The notes beneath the pieces were generated by a model, which saw nothing but the letters and a program-made list of their open reading frames with translations, made no database searches and was not told the DNA's origin. A DNA stretch of 64,000 nt, taken from the NCBI GenBank assembly GCA_039028615.1, contig JBCCHT010000033.1, positions 64,001 to 128,000 on the forward strand, in the 5' to 3' direction. This document shows, piece after piece, positions 49,301 through 56,945 of this stretch. Made by a program: the position numbers and the translations under genes. This stretch comes from Myxococcota bacterium. Lineage in GTDB: Bacteria; Myxococcota_A; Polyangia; Nannocystales; Nannocystaceae. Each line of letters begins with the position of its first letter. Position 1 is the first letter of the stretch.

Positions 49301-49682
49301 GGACCCACGAGAGCGCATCCACCACGGGCTGCAACACAGGATGCTCGCGCCTCATCGCTCGCGCCCGATTGACGGCCGTGCGCGAGTACAGGTCCGCCGA
49401 CCACAGCTCGTCGGGCAGCGCTTCCCCGCGGTGCACCCAGGGCTTGAGCGTGCCCAAGACCCCGCTCACCGCCGCATGCCATGCCGCGACATCCCCCACC
49501 AACTTGGGCATCGCCCGCGGGAACTCGCCGCGCAGCTTGTTCGCCGTGAAGGTGGCCCGACGCAGATGGTTGCGATCGAGCGTCAGCACTTCCGGGCCAC
49601 GCTCCCCCTCTTCGGGCACCACCACCCAATCGTCGCCACGGGGATAGCCCTTCAGCCACCACAGCTTGGCCTTCATCAACAT
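46323..49682 (-). CDS. Large hypothetical protein (about 1120 aa) with conserved-Cys domain (possible PcfJ/GNAT-like)
   Basis: Long ORF with coding-like codon bias; DPLEVFHMGRHFGTCLS...NKRVIYARD..G...GR motif; start uncertain (49676, 49682 or 49829). Confidence 0.7.
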   Translation of the reverse strand: MLMKAKLWWLKGYPRGDDWVVVPEEGERGPEVLTLDRNHLRRATFTANKLRGEFPRAMPKLVGDVAAWHAAVSGVLGTLKPWVHRGEALPDELWSADLYSRTAVNRARAMRREHPVLQPVVDALSWVLATRASLAPKYLAWVLRRADALTVVHEQRSHDEAVRLSIRCAHLAMAARPKAVEPLMRLLADPATYRTAIKGGRPFVEQSAAIFQRGGTLPEPAKLRLVPQIEDWVDWLLQVDTARAKRFLRLLEHCDLSALIGEWDAWWPALTRVTHKAHHIQAHEEPSKGKSDRIERLRRERQAIVERAPDELDLEGLTAALQGASADEPSGYHAAASKALRHVGESPGVAARAGLLIHFERLRHDDPGWEASRAPVLLRALAADLATASADDDAFAPWREDTIRAATKGSGFYGLLEDLLEEDFEARDIPRFFTGLAWLRRHAPEIDLTESAETLCAVVGAFHDGELAARLLVGLSTVDRHEQWCNADELRAAWMVAEPDVDVFARVFDFFNRREDSAELIAKALRQVLDRVTDEERTLLRALTLEEDIGALVSCGRKLAALEFLGAPLPSGSITREPEESDWIAEYPEELRGELERLTRFTPRARAIAAKVLRSVHRGDASIEAELRAVERMVSEASAERAAALRKRRATLKQRLASREGPATALSEVKRDTLRGKLKRRSGLALVAGLEEAAVARLRPALAEHYGLDSATPWLLEDRLIGLLGPLASESKQTRRLFEMLLVRRASDEPWDLRDHPANAGFIETLRQSPIDPGPWLDGIGEVVVGGRKASLRLSLEDDPLEVFHMGRHFGTCLSPGECNFFSVFANAADINKRVIYARDERGRVQGRRLVCLTQQGALLPFYPYAHDADSDFDEHSDAFVRRLAEAMGAPLVSHGSIPKLVAEDWYDDGPVDITGRYAELEDESAFRAALASVRPNRLSALLMETFGRTHVDEGLGPKLLALPELTERPELVVSLLPLLRHPERLPAPTCLQASRLLIEAGATPRVRSFFVRPLVESLGRTHRLYGYVDYDSVEFVARCAPTDALRLLRRTRARGVRSWSDETENYRLLAAAIAMETLRRKRQAMRLLRLALEAHGFGHLHEEAARRLKALEAELSSE

Positions 49683-49767
49683 GCGGGCCCGAGCGAGTCC
49701 CGAGGCCCGGGTGTTGGCGGGGGAGTGCGGACGCATGATGAACGCGACTACGATGAGAGTACGTCGG

Positions 49768-49833
49768 CTCGATGTGAACACGCGAATCGGGCTCGTCTCC
49801 TCGACCAAACCCGATTCGCGGCGTTCCATCGAG
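49768..49833 (-). other. Long RNA hairpin in the leader of the large hypothetical gene
   Basis: CTCGATG/CATCGAG, GAAC/GTTC and 11-bp CGCGAATCGGG/CCCGATTCGCG; additional G-U pairs only on the minus strand. Confidence 0.6.
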
Positions 49834-50146
49834 TCATGCTCCAGGTCGTGCCGGTCCGCGCACGGGGCCTTCGGTGCGGGCGGCTCCAGCTCGGCGGAAC
49901 GACCGAGGAGCCGGCTCGGTCCTCGACGGCCGGCGTCATGCTCTTCGTTCCCGCTGCGCAAGGCGACCAATGCCGGGTGTGCCACGCTGCCCTTCCGTGC
50001 CAAAACTCGACGGTACGAGAGCAACTGAAATAGCCACGGGTCGGGAACGGGCCGTCGAAAGATTTCGACGAGGGTGACGTACCCACCGGGGCCCAATTTG
50101 CTCACTCACTCATCGTGAGTTGCACACTCTTCGTGGAGGTGCCGAT

Positions 50147-50166
50147 CGAAGTGTCACTACACTTCG
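50147..50166. promoter_or_regulatory. Palindromic operator-like site upstream of the toxin operon
   Basis: Perfect CGAAGTGT-N4-ACACTTCG just upstream of -10-like TACGTT (50173-50178). Confidence 0.5.
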
Positions 50167-50184
50167 CGCTGCTACGTTGAGTTC

Positions 50185-50571
50185 ATGGTCATGGGAGCGC
50201 AGCCGACGATTCGGCTTCGAGAAACACAGATCGACGCGCTGAGCGAGGTGCCGCGATTGGCCATCCTCGAGCGAGTCTGGCGCCTCGTCGAAGACGACTG
50301 GTTGGCCGAGAACGAAGGCGCCAGTCGACAGCTCGGCTACGAGCGAGTGATGGCGGGCATCGAGCGCGCCCGCGGCTATGGCATCGAGACCCCGTATGGA
50401 TGGGGTCGATTCGCCCAGCTGATGGTGATGCTGGGCGACGAGTTCGACCTCGATCTGCCCTGGGCCAAAGAGATCCTGGCGATCCCTCGGCTCCACGAAG
50501 AACACCGCCTCGATCTGGTGGAAGAGCGCGGACTCCAAGACACCGAAGACCTCGAGGGCTCCCAGGAGTAG
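50185..50571 (+). CDS. Small helical protein resembling T6SS effector adaptor/chaperone (DUF4123 C-terminal-like)
   Basis: IRLRETQIDAL...ERARGYGIE...LGDEFD..LPWA..IL pattern, recalled from effector-adjacent proteins. Confidence 0.5.
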   Translation: MVMGAQPTIRLRETQIDALSEVPRLAILERVWRLVEDDWLAENEGASRQLGYERVMAGIERARGYGIETPYGWGRFAQLMVMLGDEFDLDLPWAKEILAIPRLHEEHRLDLVEERGLQDTEDLEGSQE

Positions 50572-50575
50572 CGCC

Positions 50576-52879
50576 ATGGATCCCTTTCCCTACCAGAGCA
50601 AGGTCGAGACCAAGCCCAAGCCCGGCAACAAACCCAACGGCAAGGGCGACGAGAATAGGCAACGCAACAAGAGAAAACGCAACAGGAAAAAAAACAAGAA
50701 CCAGAACAACCTGTCCAAGTCGAAATCTTCGATCACGACGACCAAGTGCAAGAACAAGCAGCGGCTCACCGTCCACGTGAGCCCCTCGCCGCACGCGCTC
50801 ACGTTCGAGGACGACGACAGCGTCGTCGCCGAGATCAAGGCCATCACGACCCCCAAGAAGGTCAAGAGCATCAAGTGGTCGTTCGTGACCAACCCCATCG
50901 GCGCCAAGTTCATCAAGTCCAAGGGCAACACGGCGAGGATCGAGTCGGAGGAATCCGGCACGGTCAAGGTGCGGGTCGAAGCCAAGACGGAGGACCAGAC
51001 GGCTGTCGCCACGTCCGACGTGCATTTCGTGGACGTCTACCTCCCCGAGGTCGTCGCGAAGGTGCTGCCGCCCCAGGAAAAAGAGGCCACCCGCAGCATC
51101 CAGTTCGAGGCCGAGGGCACGCCGAACGATGGAACCTACGCGTGGGAAGACCTCGCCGAGACCAGCGGTGACGTCGCGATCTCCGGGCAGCAGAACAAGA
51201 AGAAGCTGAAGCTCCAGGCCAAGACCCCGGGGACGGCCCAGGTCGAGGTCGCCTTCACCCCGAGCGTCGCCGACGAGCTGACGGCCAACATCACGAGCAC
51301 CGCCGCGTTCTTCCGCATCGAGCCGGCCGTCCAGGCCGTGAAAGGAGCGGGTGCGAGGAGCTCCGGAAAGCTCGTGACGATGGAGGTCAAGGGCACCCCC
51401 GACGCGGGCACCCGCAAGTGGAGCCTGAGCAACAACACGATCGGGGCCACCATCGAAGGCGGCACCAACGGCACCAAGCTCAAGATCCGGAGCAAGAAGA
51501 GCGGCGTGGTCAAGGTCAAGTTCCAGTACACGCCCCCCGAAGCGAAACAGCCCCTGACGAGCCACGGGGCGGCCGTGTTCGTTGCCTGCCCCATCACCAA
51601 GTTCAAAGCCGGGGCGGCGACCGCCTACACCGACATCCCCACGTCGAGGCGCAAACCGATCGAGCTTCTCATCGATCACTCGCCCACGGGGACCAAGAAG
51701 GACCCGGCCGCCTTCAAGACGGGGCGGTTGCTCGTGGAGGCGGACCCCAAGCCCACGAGCATCCAGTCGACGGGCCTCGACGACGAACTCGGCACCTACG
51801 AGTGGAGCAAGCCCGCCAACAACAAGTTCATCCGCATCTCCGCGACGCAGCCCAACCAGCACGGCCGCGACCAGTCCAAGGTGGCGATCGATGCCCTCCC
51901 CAAGACGGGGACCGTGGGACCCACCAACGACTACGCCGTCGAGAAGGTCCAGATCAAGCGCAAGCTCCACAACGTCCCGGTCACCGACACCATCGACGTC
52001 CACGTGCACAAAAAGGGCTGCTCCCAGGTGAAGTGGCGTCGAGCACGGCTCAACAACGTGACGAGCGAGGACCGGCTGAAGGTCTGCAAGCACGCCGCGA
52101 ACCCGCAGTGGGACAACTGGGCGCTGAACATGACCGAGCCCCCGGGAGGAATTCCCGCGGTGGCCTCCAACGGGCACCAACACGGGGGCCCTTGCGGCCA
52201 GTGTTCGTCGGATGCCCGGACGATCTGGCACTACGTCGAGTCCCACAACGACGTCATCACCCACGCCAAGGACCTCGCCAACACGATCGCGACGTTCACG
52301 AGCCGAGAAGACTCGAACAGCGTGAGCTTCCAGAATGCACACGGGACCACGCTCCACGGCAACACGCTGTTCACCAACGAGATGTGGGCCACGTTTCGCC
52401 CGCAGTACTACGACAACGGGAGCAGCACCTACCGCTACCGCACCCGGGGTCGAATGCTCGGGGTCCTGCGGGGAAAGCCCTTGAACTCGAACGCCTGGCA
52501 GTGGATCTACGGGCTGTCCGGCGAGGGCAACCACGGCGGCACGTGGGCAGCCGAGGTCGATGTCCAGTCACAAGGGGGCGACACCAGCCGCGCCATCTCC
52601 GGCTACCTGGTCAACGCTCGGTACGGGCAGACCAGCGGGGTGTTCAACACGAACGCGATGACCTCGAGCTGGACTCGATTCGGCCGCTGCGCGGCAACCC
52701 GAGTCCTCCGTGCGGCCATCGCTGCCAACCTGTGCGACATCCAGCTCGCAGAAGTCTGGGTCTACCCCGGCGGCAACGATCTGTACGGCAACTACGACCA
52801 CGGGTACGAGATCGGCTCGTGTGAACAATGCCGTCGGTACCTGGGCCTCATGTTGTGTGAAACCGGGGTCCGCACCTAG
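50576..52879 (+). CDS. Putative polymorphic toxin: basic N-terminus, Ig-like repeats, C-terminal zinc deaminase-like domain
   Basis: Lys-rich beta repeats (GTY.W, G.VKV); GPCGQC; C-terminal RCAATRVL..LAEVW..SCEQC..MLC; SUKH gene follows. Confidence 0.65.
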   Translation: MDPFPYQSKVETKPKPGNKPNGKGDENRQRNKRKRNRKKNKNQNNLSKSKSSITTTKCKNKQRLTVHVSPSPHALTFEDDDSVVAEIKAITTPKKVKSIKWSFVTNPIGAKFIKSKGNTARIESEESGTVKVRVEAKTEDQTAVATSDVHFVDVYLPEVVAKVLPPQEKEATRSIQFEAEGTPNDGTYAWEDLAETSGDVAISGQQNKKKLKLQAKTPGTAQVEVAFTPSVADELTANITSTAAFFRIEPAVQAVKGAGARSSGKLVTMEVKGTPDAGTRKWSLSNNTIGATIEGGTNGTKLKIRSKKSGVVKVKFQYTPPEAKQPLTSHGAAVFVACPITKFKAGAATAYTDIPTSRRKPIELLIDHSPTGTKKDPAAFKTGRLLVEADPKPTSIQSTGLDDELGTYEWSKPANNKFIRISATQPNQHGRDQSKVAIDALPKTGTVGPTNDYAVEKVQIKRKLHNVPVTDTIDVHVHKKGCSQVKWRRARLNNVTSEDRLKVCKHAANPQWDNWALNMTEPPGGIPAVASNGHQHGGPCGQCSSDARTIWHYVESHNDVITHAKDLANTIATFTSREDSNSVSFQNAHGTTLHGNTLFTNEMWATFRPQYYDNGSSTYRYRTRGRMLGVLRGKPLNSNAWQWIYGLSGEGNHGGTWAAEVDVQSQGGDTSRAISGYLVNARYGQTSGVFNTNAMTSSWTRFGRCAATRVLRAAIAANLCDIQLAEVWVYPGGNDLYGNYDHGYEIGSCEQCRRYLGLMLCETGVRT

Positions 52880-52899
52880 TCCGGGACAGGCAGCTCCTC

Positions 52900-53622
52900 A
52901 TGAGTAGAATCAGCGACAGCATCGACTTCTGCACGCGGGCCAATCCCGCCTATGCCCAGAGCCTCCGCGGCAGCAGTGCGGCCGACATCGCAAAGGTGGA
53001 AGCCGCCATGGGTCGGCCATTGTCGGCCGAGCACCGCGAGTTCCTCGAGACGATGGGCGAGGGAAGCGGCAGTGACTTCGGCAACTTCACCGTCTCGCCT
53101 TCCGTGCTCCTGCAGCTGCGCTCCGCGACCTACGCTCGCCTGCCGCCCGGCGTCGAGCTGCTGGCCGCGCCCACGGACGACGACCTGATGGACGTATTCC
53201 TGGTCCACCGCCAAGACGCCGCCCCTCGCGTGCTTCGGCATCGCCCGCTCGAGTATGTGGACAGCGCCGACTTCGATGTCGCCAACACCGAGGCGATGGC
53301 GGGCGGCCTCGACGAAATGCTGTGCGCGGCCGAGCTGAGCAAGGTCGCCGTCCAGCAACCGCATCTGGTCACGCTCGACGACCACCATCGACGCCCCGAC
53401 TTGCTCGACGAGTTTCGCGCCTTGATGCTGTCGTTCGGCGTCACCCCCTACTTCTGGGCCAACGACTGGTCGTTCGCGGGCACCGCCAAAGGTACGATCG
53501 TGGTGGGCAATCAACCGCCGGGCTGTGGATTGTCGATCGGCGTGGCCGGGCCCGACCGGTGGGCGGTGGCCGCTCTCGCCGGGACCGCCCAGTGGCAGCT
53601 GGAGCTGTCACGCCCGCGTTGA
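52900..53622 (+). CDS. SMI1/KNR4 (SUKH) family immunity protein
   Basis: GSSAADIAKVEAAMGRPLSAEHREFLETMG matches the SUKH N-terminal signature. Confidence 0.8.
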   Translation: MSRISDSIDFCTRANPAYAQSLRGSSAADIAKVEAAMGRPLSAEHREFLETMGEGSGSDFGNFTVSPSVLLQLRSATYARLPPGVELLAAPTDDDLMDVFLVHRQDAAPRVLRHRPLEYVDSADFDVANTEAMAGGLDEMLCAAELSKVAVQQPHLVTLDDHHRRPDLLDEFRALMLSFGVTPYFWANDWSFAGTAKGTIVVGNQPPGCGLSIGVAGPDRWAVAALAGTAQWQLELSRPR

Positions 53623-53643
53623 TCCGGGCTGGTACGATGCCGC

Positions 53644-55824
53644 GTGCTTCAGTCGCGGCGCCTCGCAATCATCGCCGGCCTCCTGCCCGTGCTCGCCATC
53701 GGATGCCGACGCAATGATCCTCGCGGAGCGGGCCCGACTCCCGAAGCGGCGGTGACGGCCCCCGTGCGCGTCCCGGCCCCCGACACCGTGCCCGGCTTCG
53801 CGTTCCCGCTCGAGCCAGCCTCGCCTACCGCGCTGCAGGCCGTGCCCGCGTTCCCCGAGCTGCGCTTCGATCGACCGCTGTTTCTCACCCACGCGCCGGG
53901 AGACCCCGAGCACGTCTACGTCGTCGAGCAAGGCGGGACCGTGCGCCGCTTCGAAAACCGCCCCGACGTCACGGAGACCGAGCTTTTTCTCGACATCTCC
54001 GATCGCGTGCGCCAGCGCCACAACGAAGAGGGCCTGCTGGGCTTCGCCTTCGACCCCGACTACGCGAACAACCAACGGGTTTATGTCTACTACAGCGCCT
54101 CGCGGCCGCGGCGGACCCAGCTGTCGAGCTTCGTGGCCACGAGCGCGAGCTCGGTCGACGCCACCGACGAGCGCGAGCTGTTTCGCGTCGAGCAACCCTA
54201 CGGCAACCACAACGGAGGCATGATCGCGTTCGGCCCGGACGGGTACCTGTACGCGGGCATCGGAGACGGCGGGGCGGCCGACGATCCCCATGGCCACGGC
54301 CAGAACCTCGAGACCTGGCTCGGCACCATCCTTCGCATCCGCGTCGGCCCGGACATCCCGACCTACGAGGTCCCCGCCGACAACCCCTTCGTGGACACGC
54401 CCGGCGCCCGTCCGGAGATCTGGGCCCATGGCCTGCGCAACCCGTGGCGGTTTTCGTTCGATCGCCAGACCGGCCGACTGTGGTGCGGCGACGTGGGGCA
54501 GGACGCGATCGAAGAGATCGACATCATCGAGGGCGGGGGCAACTACGGCTGGAACCTCCGCGAGGGCACGCATGTGTTCCGTCGCGGCGAGGCCTCGACG
54601 CCCCTGCGCGAGCCGATCGCCGAATACGGCCACGACCAGGGCCAGAGCGTGACCGGGGGCAATGTGTACCGCGGCACGCGGCTGTCCGATCTGCGCGGCA
54701 CGTACTTCTACGGCGACTTCGTGACCGGCTACGTGTGGGCGCTGGACGCCGACGGAGACGAGGTGAAGTCCCACGCCCGCGTCGCCACCGTGCCGGGCCT
54801 TTCGTCGTTCGGCGAGGACGCGGGCGGTGAGCTGTACGCGATGAGCTTCGACGGGCGGATCTATCGCTTCGAGCCCAACGACACCGAGGCCGAGGGGCGC
54901 CAGTTCCCCACTCGGCTGTCGCAGACCGGTCTGTTTGCCGACACGGCCGCGCTCACGCCCAGCCCCGCGCTGCTGCCCTATGCGGTCACCGTGCCGCTGT
55001 GGTCGGACGAGGCGAGCAAGCAACGCTGGGTCTTCGTGCCCCCCGGCGAAAAAGTCGAGTACGACGAGCGCGGGCCCTGGTCGTTCCCCGTGGGCAGCCT
55101 GGCCGTCAAGCACTTCGAGTGGCCGGGCCCGGGCGACCGTCCGCTGCGACTCGAGACCCGCGTCATGATCCACGAGCGTCGCGGCTGGGCCGGCTACACC
55201 TACCGCTGGAACAAAGCGCAGACCGATGCCGAACTCGTCACCACCTCGACCGCGGCCCTGCACCCGGTGCCCGTGGGCAAGGGCGTCGAGCTACGGCCTT
55301 GGTACTACCCGGCCGGGGCCGACTGCCTGCGCTGCCACACGCCGGGCTACGGGCAAGCGCTCGGCCTGCGCACGCGACAGCTGGCGGGCACCGAGCAAGG
55401 ACGAGGCCTCATCGCGACGCTGGTCGAGCGAGGGCAGCTCGAGCCCGCCCCCACCCTCGACGGGCTGCCCGCTCACCCTCGCACCGACGACGCCGACATC
55501 GAGCTCGACGCTCGGGCGCGGGCCTATCTCGACGTCAACTGTGCTCCCTGCCATCACCCCGGCGGCCCGGCCCCGGGTGGGGTCGACTTGCGGATCGACA
55601 CGGCCCTGGCCGACGCCGCGGTGCTCGGGACCGCGCCCGAAGATCAGCTCGGGGTGGACGGCGAGCTGCGCCTGGCTCCAGGCGACCGCTCGCACAGCGC
55701 GATGTGGCTGCGGATGGGGCTGCGCGCGCAGCGAGGCGCCATGCCCCCGCTGGCCAGCCTACGGGTGGACGAGGCCGGCCGTGCGCTCGTCGGCGACTGG
55801 ATCGATGCGCTCGGTGCCCCGTGA
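53644..55824 (+). CDS. PQQ-dependent sugar dehydrogenase (GSDH) fused to di-heme cytochrome c (SO2930-like), lipoprotein
   Basis: EEGLLGFAFDP, NHNGG, GLRNPWR; LSQTGLF, PLWSD, LETR, CLRCH, CAPCH, MPP. Confidence 0.88.
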   Translation: MLQSRRLAIIAGLLPVLAIGCRRNDPRGAGPTPEAAVTAPVRVPAPDTVPGFAFPLEPASPTALQAVPAFPELRFDRPLFLTHAPGDPEHVYVVEQGGTVRRFENRPDVTETELFLDISDRVRQRHNEEGLLGFAFDPDYANNQRVYVYYSASRPRRTQLSSFVATSASSVDATDERELFRVEQPYGNHNGGMIAFGPDGYLYAGIGDGGAADDPHGHGQNLETWLGTILRIRVGPDIPTYEVPADNPFVDTPGARPEIWAHGLRNPWRFSFDRQTGRLWCGDVGQDAIEEIDIIEGGGNYGWNLREGTHVFRRGEASTPLREPIAEYGHDQGQSVTGGNVYRGTRLSDLRGTYFYGDFVTGYVWALDADGDEVKSHARVATVPGLSSFGEDAGGELYAMSFDGRIYRFEPNDTEAEGRQFPTRLSQTGLFADTAALTPSPALLPYAVTVPLWSDEASKQRWVFVPPGEKVEYDERGPWSFPVGSLAVKHFEWPGPGDRPLRLETRVMIHERRGWAGYTYRWNKAQTDAELVTTSTAALHPVPVGKGVELRPWYYPAGADCLRCHTPGYGQALGLRTRQLAGTEQGRGLIATLVERGQLEPAPTLDGLPAHPRTDDADIELDARARAYLDVNCAPCHHPGGPAPGGVDLRIDTALADAAVLGTAPEDQLGVDGELRLAPGDRSHSAMWLRMGLRAQRGAMPPLASLRVDEAGRALVGDWIDALGAP

Positions 55825-55897
55825 GCGCACGCTCGGCACCCCGGGCAGTCCGTCGTGCAACCGGACGGGCGCCGGTCCGTCTTCGTCTCGGGAACCC

Positions 55898-56551
55898 ATG
55901 AGCGCGACGCGAATCGGCATCTTGGTGAGCCTGTGTCTGGCGGCCTGCAACGTGGGCACGTCCGACGGCGCGACCAGCCTCAGCGGAGGCTTCAGCGCGG
56001 GCGAAGACAACGGCGACGGCTCGGCCACGACCGCCGGCAACGATGACTCCGACGAGCCCACCCAGGGCCCGACCGCACAAACCGGGGGCGGCACCGACGA
56101 GCCCACGCCGACGAGCGCGGCCGACGATACCGACGGCGCGGATGCGACCGCCACCGCCACCGCCACCGACGGCAACGACGACGAGGGCATGACCACCGAC
56201 TCGGGCACCGACCCCGGCTCGACCGGCGACGACCCCCCCGGCAGCCCGCTCGACCCCGGCCTCGACACCCCGGACGAAGGCGAGGCCTGCATGACCCCCG
56301 GCAGCCTGGGCGAGTGCCCCGCGCTGCAGGTCTGCCGCTTTCACACCACCGAGCAAGGTCGATGCGAGAGCTGTGATACCTGCGGCAACCTGGGCGCGCC
56401 CTGTGTCGAAGGCACGGACTGCGACATCCTCTTCGCCTGCTACCAGGGCCAGTGCACCAACATCTGCGAGCTGGGCACGTTCTTCTGCGGGCCGATCGAA
56501 GACTGCCTGAACGTCGGCCATCCGACGCATGGGGTCTGCGCGCCCTTCTGA
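55898..56551 (+). CDS. Cys-rich lipoprotein with acidic/Thr linker
   Basis: Lipobox LAAC; C-terminal Cys cluster. Confidence 0.65.
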   Translation: MSATRIGILVSLCLAACNVGTSDGATSLSGGFSAGEDNGDGSATTAGNDDSDEPTQGPTAQTGGGTDEPTPTSAADDTDGADATATATATDGNDDEGMTTDSGTDPGSTGDDPPGSPLDPGLDTPDEGEACMTPGSLGECPALQVCRFHTTEQGRCESCDTCGNLGAPCVEGTDCDILFACYQGQCTNICELGTFFCGPIEDCLNVGHPTHGVCAPF

Positions 56552-56708
56552 GCCGCCGGCCTCGGTCTTTCCCCCGCATCGGCTTCGGGCTCCCGCCAGG
56601 ACGTCGCCCGGTGGAACTTCCCCCCACGGCAAGCGCGCTCTTGCAGCTTCGACGAGATCGCGCGGGAATGGCCCGGGGCACCCCGGAGTTTGGGGACAAC
56701 CGCGCGCC

Positions 56709-56912
56709 ATGAAGTTCCTCCTGCTGCTCGTCCTCGTCGTGTTCTGCTGGCCGCTGGCCGTGCTGGCGCTGGTGCTCTACCCGGTCGTCTGGGTGCTCAT
56801 GCTGCCGTTCCGGCTGCTCGGCGTCGTCGTCGACGGGGTGCTGGAAACGGTGTGGGCGATAGTCACGCTCCCCGCCCGGCTGCTCGGCTACAAGCCCCGC
56901 CGTCGACGCTGA
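56709..56912 (+). CDS. Small membrane protein
   Basis: MKFLLLLVLVVFCWPLAVLALVLYP..LPFRLLG..LPARLL. Confidence 0.65.
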   Translation: MKFLLLLVLVVFCWPLAVLALVLYPVVWVLMLPFRLLGVVVDGVLETVWAIVTLPARLLGYKPRRRR

Positions 56913-56945
56913 GCGAGGGGCGATTCGGGGTATGCTCCAGCCCCC

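Noticed and set aside
49988..50002. Sigma54-like TGGCACG on the minus strand
   Set aside because: GG to GC spacing is one base short and TTGC is absent
49830..50105. Full 1260-aa version of the large minus-strand ORF
   Set aside because: The extension is lower in GC, structured and not protein-like; more plausibly leader or promoter
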